DNA of 43,983 nucleotides from an uncultured Trueperaceae bacterium (GTDB lineage: Bacteria; Deinococcota; Deinococci; Deinococcales; Trueperaceae), in contig CAVSGP010000003.1 in the NCBI GenBank assembly GCA_963727505.1, forward strand, positions 1 through 43,983, given 5' to 3'. Within the stretch, counting starts at the first letter, position 1. Every line of letters starts with the position of its first letter. The notes below the pieces were generated by a model. The model searched no databases. It was given only the letters and a program-made list of their open reading frames with translations, and was not told the DNA's origin. A program made the position numbers and the translations under genes. Below are positions 1-9,231 of the stretch, in pieces.

Positions 1-34
1 CCCGACCGCCACGCGAACCGGTAGCATGGAGGCC

Positions 35-805
35 GTGACCATCGACCTGAACAGTGACCTCGGCGAGTCGTTCGGGCGCTGGCAGCTGGGCGACGATGCC
101 GCCCTGCTCCGGCTGGTGAGCTCCGCCAACGTGGCCTGCGGCTTCCACGCCGGCGATCCCGGCGGCATCCGCCGGACGGTGCGCGCCGCCCGCGAAGCCG
201 GCACCGCCGTCGGAGCGCACCCCGGATACTGGGATCTGCGCGGCTTCGGTCGCGTCCCCATGCAACTCCCGGTCGACGTGGTGCGCGACGACGTGCTCTA
301 CCAGATCGGCGCCCTGGCGGCCCTGGCGCAGGCCGAGGACGTGCGCCTCGCCCACGTCAAGCCGCACGGCGCCCTCTACAACGCCATGGCGTCGAACGTT
401 GAGCTCGCCCTGGCCGTGGCCGAGGCCGTCGGCGCCTTCGATCGGCGTCTGCCGATCATGGTGCTGGCGGGATCGAACGCCGCGAGCGCGCTGCTGGCGG
501 CCGGCGTACCGGTGCTGAACGAGGGGTTCCTGGACCGCGCCTACCTCCCCGACGGCACGCTGGCGCCGCGCGGGACGGTCGGCGCCGTTCACGACGATCC
601 CGAGCGGGTGGTCGAGCAGGCGCTGCGGCTCGCCACCGAGGGGCGCGTGCGCGCCCTCGACGGCAGCGAGTTGGAGCTGCGGGTCGACACCTTGTGCCTG
701 CACGGCGACACCGCCGCCGCCGTCGCTCTGGCGCGCCGCGTGCGCAGTGCGCTCGAGGGCGCCGGCGTGGGCGTGGCCAGCGCGGGCCTGCTTCGCGAAA
801 CGTGA
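35..805 (+). CDS. pxpA: 5-oxoprolinase subunit A (LamB/YcsF family)
   Basis: IDLNSDLGES, ANVACGFHAGDP, HVKPHGALYN and TLCLHGD motifs. Start is probably GTG at 35, 7 nt after a TAGCAT box; ATG at 26 is the alternative. Confidence 0.93.
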   Translation: MTIDLNSDLGESFGRWQLGDDAALLRLVSSANVACGFHAGDPGGIRRTVRAAREAGTAVGAHPGYWDLRGFGRVPMQLPVDVVRDDVLYQIGALAALAQAEDVRLAHVKPHGALYNAMASNVELALAVAEAVGAFDRRLPIMVLAGSNAASALLAAGVPVLNEGFLDRAYLPDGTLAPRGTVGAVHDDPERVVEQALRLATEGRVRALDGSELELRVDTLCLHGDTAAAVALARRVRSALEGAGVGVASAGLLRET

Positions 806-2400
806 GGATCCGCAGCGCCGGGCCGAGTGCCTGGTATGTCGACGTCGCCGACGCGCCCTCCCCCGACACGGCGCTGCGGCTGGGCGCCCTGCAGCGTGCC
901 CTGCTCGCAAGCGCACCCGGCGCTGTGCGTGACGTCGTTCCCGGCTACACCAGCGTGCTCGTGGAGTTCCGACCGGGCACCTCGCCCGAACGCCTGCGGC
1001 GCTGGCTGCGGGCGGCCGAGCGCGCGCTCGAGGAGGCGCCCCCGCCGGCGGCACGTCACCGCGTACCCGTGCGTTACGGCGAGAACGCCGACGTCGACGA
1101 GCTGACGTCGCGACTGCGCCTGCCCTGGCAACGCATCGAAGCGCTCCATTCGAGCGCGCTCTACACCGTGGCCTTCCTCGGCTTCACGCCCGGCTTCCCC
1201 TACCTGCTGGGACTCCCCGAGAGACTGGCGACACCGCGGCGGGAGACCCCTCGCACCCGGGTGCCAGCCGGCTCGGTTGCGATCGCCGGCGAGCACGCCG
1301 GCATCTACCCCAGCGCCAGCCCGGGCGGTTGGTGGATCGTGGGCCGCACCGACGCGACCCTGTTCGACCCGCAGCGCTGGCCCCCCACAGCCTGGGCGCC
1401 CGGCGACGAGGTCCGCTTCGTGCCCGCCCCACCCGACGAGCAGCGGGACGGTGGAGCGGCGGAGTCGAGCCCGCCGGCCGGCGCCTTGGGCGCCCCCCTC
1501 GGAACCCCCCTTGGCGCCCCCGAGGCCCTGCCCGTCCTCGAGGTCCTCGAGGCGTGGTCCCCGGCGGCCACCCTCCAGGCCGCGCCGCGCTGGCGGGTGG
1601 GGCACCTGGGGATGGCGCAGGCAGGCGCCCTCGACCCGCTGGCGATGGAGCTCGCTAACGCCGCCGCCGGCAACCCCGGCGAGGCACCCGCGCTGGAGCT
1701 CCTGGACCTGCCGCTGACGCTGTGCGCCCTCGAGCCGGTCACCGCCGCCCTGGCCTGCGGCGGCCACCGGGCGCGTTTGGAGGGGCGAGCGCAGCCGACG
1801 GGCGAGCCCTTCGCCTGGCCCGCCGGCGCCGTGCTCGAGCTGGTGCCGGGCGGCCGCGCGCACGGCCGCGCCAGCTACCTGGCACTGTCCGGAGGCCTGG
1901 CCGCGCAGCGCTACGGCGGCTCGGCCAGCACCGACCTACGCGCCGGCATCGGCGGCGGCCGACGCGCGCTCCGAGCCGGCGACGTCCTGGGCCTGGGTGA
2001 GGGCCGAGCGGCGCCCGCGACCGGCCGGACGCGCCTGCACCTCCATCCCCGCTATCCGGAGCGGCTGCTGCTGCGGATCCATCCCGGACCGCAGTTCGAC
2101 GCCGAAACATTCGCACGCCTCACCACAACGCGCTTCCGGGTCGCCGGCTTCGACCGCACCGGCATCCGGCTGGAGGGGCCCGGCCTCCCCCAGAGCGCCC
2201 CCGATGTGCGCAGCGAGGGCTCGCCTTGGGGGGCCGTGCAGCTCCCTGCCGACGGCCAGCCCATCGTGCTGCTCGCCGACCGCGGCCGCACCGGCGGCTA
2301 CGCCAAGCCGGCGGTGGTGGACGTGCGCGACCTGTGGCGGCTGGCGCAGGCGCCGCACGGCACCGAGGTAGGGTTCGCCGCGGCCGGTGGCGTCTCGTGA
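802..2400 (+). CDS. pxpBC: Fused 5-oxoprolinase subunit B/C (KipI-KipA-like carboxyltransferase domains)
   Basis: N-half has VPGYTS, FLGFTPGFPYL and GIYPSASPGGW (PxpB). C-half has GSASTD, GAVQLPADGQPIVLLADRGRTGGYAK (PxpC). GTGA overlap with the pxpA stop at 802-805. Confidence 0.88.
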   Translation: MRIRSAGPSAWYVDVADAPSPDTALRLGALQRALLASAPGAVRDVVPGYTSVLVEFRPGTSPERLRRWLRAAERALEEAPPPAARHRVPVRYGENADVDELTSRLRLPWQRIEALHSSALYTVAFLGFTPGFPYLLGLPERLATPRRETPRTRVPAGSVAIAGEHAGIYPSASPGGWWIVGRTDATLFDPQRWPPTAWAPGDEVRFVPAPPDEQRDGGAAESSPPAGALGAPLGTPLGAPEALPVLEVLEAWSPAATLQAAPRWRVGHLGMAQAGALDPLAMELANAAAGNPGEAPALELLDLPLTLCALEPVTAALACGGHRARLEGRAQPTGEPFAWPAGAVLELVPGGRAHGRASYLALSGGLAAQRYGGSASTDLRAGIGGGRRALRAGDVLGLGEGRAAPATGRTRLHLHPRYPERLLLRIHPGPQFDAETFARLTTTRFRVAGFDRTGIRLEGPGLPQSAPDVRSEGSPWGAVQLPADGQPIVLLADRGRTGGYAKPAVVDVRDLWRLAQAPHGTEVGFAAAGGVS

Positions 2401-2509
2401 GGTAGCGCCTCCTGAGGCGCCGCACCTGGTGGCCGCACCTGGGGCCGGCGGCGCGCCCCGCCGCGCGAGCGGTACGCCGGCAGTCCGCCACAGCCACTAC
2501 ACTGGAACC

Positions 2510-2914
2510 ATGAAGTCCGTTGCGCTGATCGCGCACGACAAGAAGAAGCTGGACCTGGCGATCTTCGCCCGGGAGCACGCCGACATCCTGCGCCGCTTCC
2601 ACCTCATCGCCACCAGCACCACCGGCGGCGTGCTCGAGAGCAAGGCCGGGCTCGCGGTGGAGCGCCTCCGCTCCGGCCCGGAGGGCGGCGACCTGCAGGT
2701 CGGCGCCCGCATCGCCGAGGACCGGGTGAAGGCCGTCGTCTTCTTCCGGGACCCGCTCACCGCCCAGCCGCACGAGCCCGACGTTTCGGCCCTGCTGCGC
2801 ATCTGCGACGTTCACAACGTCCCACTGGCGACCAACCTCGGTACCGCCGAGGCGATCATCGCCTGGCTCGAGGAGCAGGTGGCACTGTCCGAAGACGCCT
2901 CGCCCGCGGGCTAG
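2510..2914 (+). CDS. mgsA: Methylglyoxal synthase
   Basis: VALIAHDKKK, SGPEGGDLQVGA, FFRDPLTAQPHEPDVSALLRICDVHNVPLATN. ATG at 2510 lies 6 nt after TACACT. Confidence 0.95.
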   Translation: MKSVALIAHDKKKLDLAIFAREHADILRRFHLIATSTTGGVLESKAGLAVERLRSGPEGGDLQVGARIAEDRVKAVVFFRDPLTAQPHEPDVSALLRICDVHNVPLATNLGTAEAIIAWLEEQVALSEDASPAG

Positions 2915-2936
2915 GCCGGGGCACGAGAGGACGCAC

Positions 2937-3188
2937 ATGAGCAAGGACACGATCCGCGCGTTCCTGAACGAGATGCGCAAGAGCTACCAGGAGGAGATCG
3001 ACGCCGTCGCGCTGCCCGACGGGACCGACGAGTACATCGAGGAGCGCATCGCGCAGGACGACCGCGAGACCCTCGTGTTCATGCTGAAGCTCGGCTACCT
3101 GATGGGGCTCCAGACGGGCTTCGCGGCCGGCCGGGAGGGCAACGACCAGCCCAGCGCGCCCGACCTGCCCGGGCCCCTACAGGCCTGA
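2937..3188 (+). CDS. ddrH: Small DdrH-like protein (Deinococcota DNA-damage-response family)
   Basis: 83 aa with RBS GAGAGG. LPDG...FMLKLGxxxGxQxGFAAG...xQA pattern resembles Deinococcus DdrH as recalled; not searched. Confidence 0.6.
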   Translation: MSKDTIRAFLNEMRKSYQEEIDAVALPDGTDEYIEERIAQDDRETLVFMLKLGYLMGLQTGFAAGREGNDQPSAPDLPGPLQA

Positions 3189-3198
3189 ACGCGCACCC

Positions 3199-5388
3199 TC
3201 AGGACCGGAGGCGCGTACGTTCGGACAACTCCAGCAGGCGCTGTTGAGCATCCAGGCGATTCTGCCCCGGCGCGCGTCGCACGCGTCGGTAGATCCCGTC
3301 GGCTCCGAGCTCGCGCGCCTTGACGTTGTCGCGCAGCAGCACGTCGAGCACCGCGTGCACCTTGCGCCCGAGGCGCTCGTCCTCGACCGGGAAGATGGCC
3401 TCGATGCGGCGGTCGAGGTTGCGTTGCATCCAGTCGGCGCTGCCCAGGTACAGGTCGTTGGCGCCGCCGTGACGGAAGAAGTAGACGCGCGAGTGCTCCA
3501 GGAAGCGCCCCACCACGCTGCGCACCCGGATCCGATCGCTCACGCCCGGCACGCCGGGCCGCAGACAGCAGGTACCCCGCACGATCAGGTCGATCTCCAC
3601 GCCCGCCCGGGAGGCACGGTAGAGCGCCCGGATGACGTCGGGATCGACCAAGGCGTTGAGCTTCGCAATGATGCGCCCGGGCTCCCCGCCCGCCGCCAGC
3701 GCGGTCTCGCGCTCGATGGCCTCCATGACCCGCTCGCGCAGGCCCTCCGGCGCCACCCATAACTTGCGCCAGGCGCGTTGCTTGCTGTAGCCGGTCAGGT
3801 AGTTGAAGAGGTCGCTCACGTCCGCCCCGAGCTCCTCGTCGCGCGTCATCAGCGCCATGTCGGTGTAGACGTCGGCGGTGGAGGGGTTGTAGTTGCCGGT
3901 GCCGAGGTGGACGTAGCGCCGGGTCAACGCGCGGCCGTCCTCGCCGCGCTCGCGCCGCACGATCAGCAGCGCCTTGCAGTGGGTCTTGAGCCCCACGAAG
4001 CCGTACACCACGTGCACGCCCGCGCGCTCGAGCTCGCGCGCCCAGACGATGTTGTTCTCCTCGTCGAAGCGCGCCTTGAGCTCCACCAGGGCGGTGACGA
4101 GCTTGCCGTTGCCGGCCGCGCGCGCCAGCGCCGCCACCACGGGCGAGGCCGCACCCACCCGGTAGAGCGTCATCTTGATCGCGAGTACGTCGGGGTCCTC
4201 GGCGGCTTCGTCGACCAGCATCTGCACCGCGTCGAAGGCGTGGAAGGGGTGGTGCACCAGCACGTCGGAGTCGCGCACGGATGCGAGCGCGCCGCCGTGA
4301 TCGCGGTACTCGCTCGGCAGGCGGGCGGCGAAGGGCGGGTAGCGCAACGCCGGTAGGTCGAGCTCGGCCAGCTCCAGGAAGTCGCTGACGTTGAGGTGGG
4401 CGGGGATGGTGTAGACGTCCTCGGGCTCGAGCTCCAGCGTCCGGCGCAGCCGCTCCCGCCACGCCTCGGGCATGCTGCCCGCCACCTCGAGGCGCACCGC
4501 GTCGCCCCAGCGGCGCCGGCGCACCTCGTCCTCGATGGCGTGCAGCAGGTCGTCGGCCTCGTCCTCGGCGATCTCGATGTCGGCGTTGCGGGTGATGCGG
4601 AAGCCGTGCGCCCGCTGCACCGCGTGCCCCGGGAAGAGCTCCCCCACCCGGTCCAGGATGATGTCCTCGAGCAGCACGAAATCGTACCCGCTGCCCGGCA
4701 GCCGCAGGAAGCGCGGCAGCACGCTCGGCACCTGCACCACGGCGCCCCGCGCCACCCCCGACACCTCGTCGACCACATCCAGCAGCAACGAGAAGCTGAG
4801 GTTGGGCAGCCGCGGGAAGGGGTGGCTGCTGTCCACCGCCAGCGGCGTGAGCACCGGGTAGAGCTCCTCGTCGAAGAAGGCGTGGACGGCGTCCAACGCG
4901 GCGTCACCGAGCTCGGCGATGGAGCGGATGCGCACCCCGCGCTCGGCCAGCGCCGGCAGCACCCGCTCGCACAGGGTCGTCCGGTGGCGTGCCACCAGGC
5001 CGTGCAACCGCTCCGCGATGGCGCGCACCTGCTCGGCCGGCGTCATGCCGTCGGGGGTGCGGCGGGTCACGCCGGCCGCGAGCTGCTCCTTGAGCCCGGC
5101 GTAGCGGATCATGATGAACTCGTCGAGGTTGGAACCGAAGATGGCCAGGAACCTCAGCCGCTCCAGCACCGGCGTGTCCTGGCACTCCGCCTCTTCCAGG
5201 ACGCGTTCGTTGAACGCCAGCCAGGACAGCTCCCGGTTGAAGTAGAGGGCGGGCTCCTCCAGGGCGAACGTGGGCTCCCGGGAGACGGCGGCGCTCGGGC
5301 CGCGCTCGGTGCCCTCCGGGGGCACACGCTCCGGGCGTTGCGCCTCGAGGGGGGCGCCGAAGGGCGCCTCGGGAGGGGCCTCAGCCAC
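3199..5388 (-). CDS. ppk1: Polyphosphate kinase 1
   Basis: YFNRELSWLAFNERVL, SNLDEF, ELKARFDEENNI, KTHCK, HLGTGNYN, GRFLEHSR, GSADWMQRNLDRRIE. Confidence 0.96.
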   Translation of the reverse strand: MAEAPPEAPFGAPLEAQRPERVPPEGTERGPSAAVSREPTFALEEPALYFNRELSWLAFNERVLEEAECQDTPVLERLRFLAIFGSNLDEFIMIRYAGLKEQLAAGVTRRTPDGMTPAEQVRAIAERLHGLVARHRTTLCERVLPALAERGVRIRSIAELGDAALDAVHAFFDEELYPVLTPLAVDSSHPFPRLPNLSFSLLLDVVDEVSGVARGAVVQVPSVLPRFLRLPGSGYDFVLLEDIILDRVGELFPGHAVQRAHGFRITRNADIEIAEDEADDLLHAIEDEVRRRRWGDAVRLEVAGSMPEAWRERLRRTLELEPEDVYTIPAHLNVSDFLELAELDLPALRYPPFAARLPSEYRDHGGALASVRDSDVLVHHPFHAFDAVQMLVDEAAEDPDVLAIKMTLYRVGAASPVVAALARAAGNGKLVTALVELKARFDEENNIVWARELERAGVHVVYGFVGLKTHCKALLIVRRERGEDGRALTRRYVHLGTGNYNPSTADVYTDMALMTRDEELGADVSDLFNYLTGYSKQRAWRKLWVAPEGLRERVMEAIERETALAAGGEPGRIIAKLNALVDPDVIRALYRASRAGVEIDLIVRGTCCLRPGVPGVSDRIRVRSVVGRFLEHSRVYFFRHGGANDLYLGSADWMQRNLDRRIEAIFPVEDERLGRKVHAVLDVLLRDNVKARELGADGIYRRVRRAPGQNRLDAQQRLLELSERTRLRS

Positions 5389-5818
5389 TCGCTACGGCGG
5401 CTTCCTGCTCGTGCTCGAGTACGACCTCGTAATCGATCTCGGCGTTCATGCTGGCCGAAACCGAGCAGTACTTGGTCATCCCCAGCCCCACGAAGCGTTT
5501 CGCCAGCCGCTCGTCGAGCCCCGGCACGTCGAAGATATGGCGGGCGTGGATGCGGGTGTAGCGGCTCGGGGCCTCCTCCGCCCGTTCGCCGGTGAGCTCG
5601 ATGCGGTACGAACGGACCTCGAGCTTGCGCTTGGCGAGCATCTCGACGATGTCGTAAGCGGCGCACGAACCCAGCGCATTGAGAAGCAGTTGCATCGGCC
5701 GCATACCGCTCTGCGCCGTCTTCTCACCGTCGATCATCACGCGCTGCTGGTCGGGGGTGATGCCCACGAAGCGCTTGCCGACGAGATGATGGATGGTCGT
5801 GTTCATGGTCTTGGCCAT
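5381..5818 (-). CDS. OsmC/Ohr (YhfA-like) family protein
   Basis: RPMQLLLNALGSCAAYD and KYCSVS two-Cys pattern. Start at ATG 5818; stop overlaps the ppk1 start. Confidence 0.85.
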   Translation of the reverse strand: MAKTMNTTIHHLVGKRFVGITPDQQRVMIDGEKTAQSGMRPMQLLLNALGSCAAYDIVEMLAKRKLEVRSYRIELTGERAEEAPSRYTRIHARHIFDVPGLDERLAKRFVGLGMTKYCSVSASMNAEIDYEVVLEHEQEAAVASG

Positions 5819-5947
5819 GCTGTCAGTATGCGGAATCCGGTGCGAGCGGAACCGTCGTGAAGCGCACACGGGCCGGCAGGCGCACGAGCTTGGGGCGTAC
5901 CCCGCCCGCCACCCGCGGCCCGGCAAGACCACGCGCCCCCCTCGGCA

Positions 5948-5973
5948 GCCCGAGACGACGGCCCGAGACGACG
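5948..5973. repeat. 13-bp tandem duplication GCCCGAGACGACG x2
   Basis: Read directly; immediately upstream of a TAGACT box (5975-5980). Confidence 0.85.
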
Positions 5974-5988
5974 GTAGACTCGCGTGTC

Positions 5989-6615
5989 GTGCCCGAGAAC
6001 GCCCCTCTTGCGAGCCCCCCTCCCCCGGACGCCCCCAAGGGCCGCTGGCGCGCCTGGGCGCGCGCGAGTCGCCAGGTCCTTGCGGACCCGGAACGCAACC
6101 GCAGGGTGGTGCAGGCGCTCGCCGCCTGGCCCCCCTACCGGAACGCGAGCACGGTGCTGCTCTACCTGGCCTTCGGCAGCGAGATCGACCTGAGCCCGCT
6201 CGTTGGCGACGCCACCAAACGTGTGCTGGTTCCCCGGAGCCTGGAGGGGCCGGAGCCCGAGCTCACGCTCCACCGCTTGCAGGGCGCGGTGCTCGAGAGA
6301 CACCGGCTGGGCCTGCGGCAGCCGCGCGCGGGGACGCCGACGGTCGACCCGGCGACGGTCGAGCTTGCGCTGGTGCCCGGACTCTGCTTCGACGAGGAAG
6401 GCACCCGCCTGGGCTACGGCCGCGGGTACTTCGACCGCTTCCTGGGTCAACTGCCGGCGGGAGTGCCTCGGGTCGGCGTCGCCTACGACGCGCTGGTGGT
6501 GGCGCGGCTGCCGCGAGAGGCCCACGATCTCGCCATGACCCATCTCGCGACCGAGTCGGGGGTCCGCGCCGTCACAGCGCTGCCGCCCGGTCCGCCAGCT
6601 CCGTCATCGCACTGA
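5989..6615 (+). CDS. 5-formyltetrahydrofolate cyclo-ligase
   Basis: YLAFGSEID, LVPGLCFDEEGTRLGYGRGYFDRFL, REAHDL. Start inferred at GTG 5989, 8 nt after TAGACT. Confidence 0.9.
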   Translation: MPENAPLASPPPPDAPKGRWRAWARASRQVLADPERNRRVVQALAAWPPYRNASTVLLYLAFGSEIDLSPLVGDATKRVLVPRSLEGPEPELTLHRLQGAVLERHRLGLRQPRAGTPTVDPATVELALVPGLCFDEEGTRLGYGRGYFDRFLGQLPAGVPRVGVAYDALVVARLPREAHDLAMTHLATESGVRAVTALPPGPPAPSSH

Positions 6616-7210
6616 AGGGCACCGCGCCCTCCGCGGCGAGCGCCTCGGCGCCGACGCTACCGTCGTAGCCGAGCACCAGCATGCCGGCGGCCACGGCGGC
6701 GCGCACGCCCGCGGGCGAATCCTCGATGACCAGGCACCGTCCGGCGGGCACGCCCAGACTGGCTGCGGCGTGCAGGAAGAGGTCAGGTGCAGGCTTGCCG
6801 CGCGGGACCTCGGTGGCGCTGAACACGCGCTCGAATCTCCCCCAGAGACCCACCGCGCCCAGCACCTCGCGCAGGTAGCCGGGTGCGCTGCTGGAGGCCA
6901 CGCAGCGCCGCCCCGCGAGCGTGTCGAGGGCCTCGCGTACGCCGGGCACCACCCTCGGCTCGGCAACGAAGGCATCGAGCACGCCGCGGTAGACGCGCTC
7001 GCTGAAGTCGGGCGCGAGCGACCGGCCGAGCTCCAGCTCGACCTCGCGGACGGTCTCGGGGACGGGTCTGCCGATGAAGCGTTCGACGCAGGTCGGCGGG
7101 TCGATGGGGTAGCCCTCGGCCGTGAGCATGGCCGCGAGCACGCGGTTCGCGATGGGTTCGGTGTCGACGAGGACGCCGTCGCAGTCGTAGATGACGAGGT
7201 CGGGGGTCAT
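6572..7210 (-). CDS. HAD-superfamily hydrolase/phosphatase (beta-PGM/CbbY-like)
   Basis: DCDGVLVDTE motif I, VASSS, GKPAPDLF, IEDSPAGV. Start 7210 or 7222. Confidence 0.88.
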   Translation of the reverse strand: MTPDLVIYDCDGVLVDTEPIANRVLAAMLTAEGYPIDPPTCVERFIGRPVPETVREVELELGRSLAPDFSERVYRGVLDAFVAEPRVVPGVREALDTLAGRRCVASSSAPGYLREVLGAVGLWGRFERVFSATEVPRGKPAPDLFLHAAASLGVPAGRCLVIEDSPAGVRAAVAAGMLVLGYDGSVGAEALAAEGAVPFSAMTELADRAAAL

Positions 7211-7287
7211 GCCGACGGCCATGCTAGCAGGGCCGCCCGGGCAGCACCGCAGCCGGACGTCCCGGCGAGGGGCGTGGGCCGTGGGGC

Positions 7288-8136
7288 TCAGCCCTTGACG
7301 CCGGTGAGCACCACGCCCTCGATGATCTGCCGCTGGAACACGAAGAACACCAGCAGCACCGGCACGATCGCCAGCGCCGAAGCGGCCATGATCAGGTTCC
7401 ACTGCGTGCTGGCCTCCCCCGAGAACAGCGCCATCCCGACGGGGACGGTCCGCATGGACGGGGATTTGGCGATGATCAGCGGCCACAGGAAGGCGTTCCA
7501 GTTGCCCACGAAGTTGAAGATGCCGAGCGCGGCCAGGCCCGGCCGCACCAGCGGCAGGCCGATGCGCCAGAACAAGCCGAACTCGCTGACGCCATCGACG
7601 CGGCCGGCGTCGAACAGGTCGCGCGGCAAAGTCTGGAAGAACTGCCGCATCAGGAACACGCCGAACGCCGGGATGAGGCCGGGGAAGGCCAGGCCCCAGT
7701 AGGTGTTGACCCAGCCGTACTGCGTCGACATCACGTACCAGGGGATGACCAGCATCTCGGTGGGGACCATCAGCGTCGACAGGATGATCACGAACAGCAC
7801 GCTGCGGCCGGGGAAGCGCAGGCGCGTCAGGGTGTAGCCGACCAGCGAGCAGAAGAACAACACGCTGACCGTCGAGATGCCCGCCACCACCAGGCTGTTG
7901 AGGAACCAGCGCGGGAAGGCAGTGTGGAACAGCACCTGCTGGAAGTTAGCGAGCGTCCAGTTGTGCGGGAACACGGTGAGCTGGAAGATCTCGCGCAGCG
8001 GCTTGAACGCCGACAGCAGCATCCACACGAACGGGAAGAACATCGCCACGCTGCCCACCGAGAGCAGCACGTAGGCGATGACGGTGCCGACGGTGGCGCG
8101 GGGGCGCGACTCGTCGAAGGTCTCGAGCTCCATCAT
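7288..8136 (-). CDS. Carbohydrate (CUT1) ABC transporter permease
   Basis: Multiple TM helices; EAA-like loop FLMRQFFQTLPRDLFDAGRVDG. Confidence 0.92.
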   Translation of the reverse strand: MMELETFDESRPRATVGTVIAYVLLSVGSVAMFFPFVWMLLSAFKPLREIFQLTVFPHNWTLANFQQVLFHTAFPRWFLNSLVVAGISTVSVLFFCSLVGYTLTRLRFPGRSVLFVIILSTLMVPTEMLVIPWYVMSTQYGWVNTYWGLAFPGLIPAFGVFLMRQFFQTLPRDLFDAGRVDGVSEFGLFWRIGLPLVRPGLAALGIFNFVGNWNAFLWPLIIAKSPSMRTVPVGMALFSGEASTQWNLIMAASALAIVPVLLVFFVFQRQIIEGVVLTGVKG

Positions 8137-8137
8137 C

Positions 8138-9118
8138 TCAGTACTCCACCCGGCGCTGCAGCACCCGGAGTTGCACCAGCGTCACGATCAGGATGAGCAC
8201 GAACAGCAACACCGTCACCGCCGAGGCGTAGCCGATCTGGAAGCGCGAGAAGGCGACCTGGTACATGTACACCGCGATGCTCAAGGTGGCGCCGAGTGGG
8301 CCGCCCTGGTCCGTGAAGTTGATGTTCACCACCTGGTCGAACAGCTGCAGCGTCGCGATGGTGGAGATGATCACGCTGAACACCATGACCGGGTTCAACA
8401 GCGGCAGCGTGACGTAGCGGAAGCGTTGCACCGCGCCGGCGCCGTCGATGGCGGCAGCGTCGTAGAAGATACGCGGGATTCCCTGCAATCCCGCAAGGAA
8501 GATGACGACCTGGAAGCCGAGCTGCTGCCACACCACCACCGCCGCCACCGCCGGCAGCGCCTGGCGCGGGTCGTTGAGGAACAGCTGGGCAGGAATCGAC
8601 AGCCACGGCAGACCCAGTCTGGTCACGAAGTCGCTCCATGCCAGCAGAGCGCTGTTGAAGATACCGAAGTTGACCGAATACATCCATCCCCACACCCAGG
8701 CAACGGCAGCGGCAGGCGTGACGTAGGGCGAGAAATAGATGGCCCGGAAGAGCGGACGGAGCCGCCGCACGGCGTTGAGGAGCACCGCGATGGTGAGGCC
8801 CAGCACCAGTTGCGCAGGCACCACGATGGCGGCATACAGCAGGGTGTTCTTCAGCGCCTGGTGGAGCTTGGGGTCCGTGAGCATCTCGCGGTAATAGGTG
8901 AGGCCGAGAAAGGTGCGTTGCGCCGGGTCCACGTGCCACTTGTGCAAAGACAGGTTGAACGATTGGATCGCCGGGTAGATGCGCAGGAAGCCGTAGAACG
9001 CCAGCGGTATCAGCAGGAAGGCGTATGCCCACAGCGCCTCGCGCGTGGCCAGACTGAAACGCCGCCGCCGGCGCTGGGGCATCTCGGCTGGCTCCACGTC
9101 GGTTGCGGTCGGTCGCAT
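8138..9118 (-). CDS. Carbohydrate (CUT1) ABC transporter permease
   Basis: FLAGLQGIPRIFYDAAAIDGA...FRYVTLPLL EAA motif; GYASA near the C-terminus. Confidence 0.92.
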   Translation of the reverse strand: MRPTATDVEPAEMPQRRRRRFSLATREALWAYAFLLIPLAFYGFLRIYPAIQSFNLSLHKWHVDPAQRTFLGLTYYREMLTDPKLHQALKNTLLYAAIVVPAQLVLGLTIAVLLNAVRRLRPLFRAIYFSPYVTPAAAVAWVWGWMYSVNFGIFNSALLAWSDFVTRLGLPWLSIPAQLFLNDPRQALPAVAAVVVWQQLGFQVVIFLAGLQGIPRIFYDAAAIDGAGAVQRFRYVTLPLLNPVMVFSVIISTIATLQLFDQVVNINFTDQGGPLGATLSIAVYMYQVAFSRFQIGYASAVTVLLFVLILIVTLVQLRVLQRRVEY

Positions 9119-9181
9119 GGCGTCTCCGGGGGTGCGGCTAGGGGCGGGGGAAGCGGGGCGGGCGGAAAGGACCGATCGAAC

Positions 9182-9223
9182 GGCGAGCGGGCGGGACGCG
9201 TCACGGCGTCCCGCCCGCTCGCC
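9182..9223 (-). terminator. 18-bp perfect intercistronic stem-loop after the SBP gene (mRNA stabiliser or attenuator)
   Basis: GGCGAGCGGGCGGGACGC-GTCACG-GCGTCCCGCCCGCTCGCC, between the SBP stop (9232) and the permease start (9118). Confidence 0.75.
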
Positions 9224-9231
9224 CGAGCCGT

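Noticed and set aside
2400..2936. RDRM (DdrO) radiation-response operator upstream of mgsA/ddrH
   Set aside because: No AT-rich 17-bp palindrome is visible.
5820..5985. 6S RNA upstream of the 5-formyl-THF cyclo-ligase (the usual ssrS-ygfA synteny)
   Set aside because: The gap is short, shows no long rod structure, and the gene has its own adjacent -10 box.
6572..6615. 44-bp convergent overlap of the cyclo-ligase and HAD genes as antisense regulation
   Set aside because: Short 3' overlaps are common in GC-rich genomes, and the overlapping tail is low complexity.
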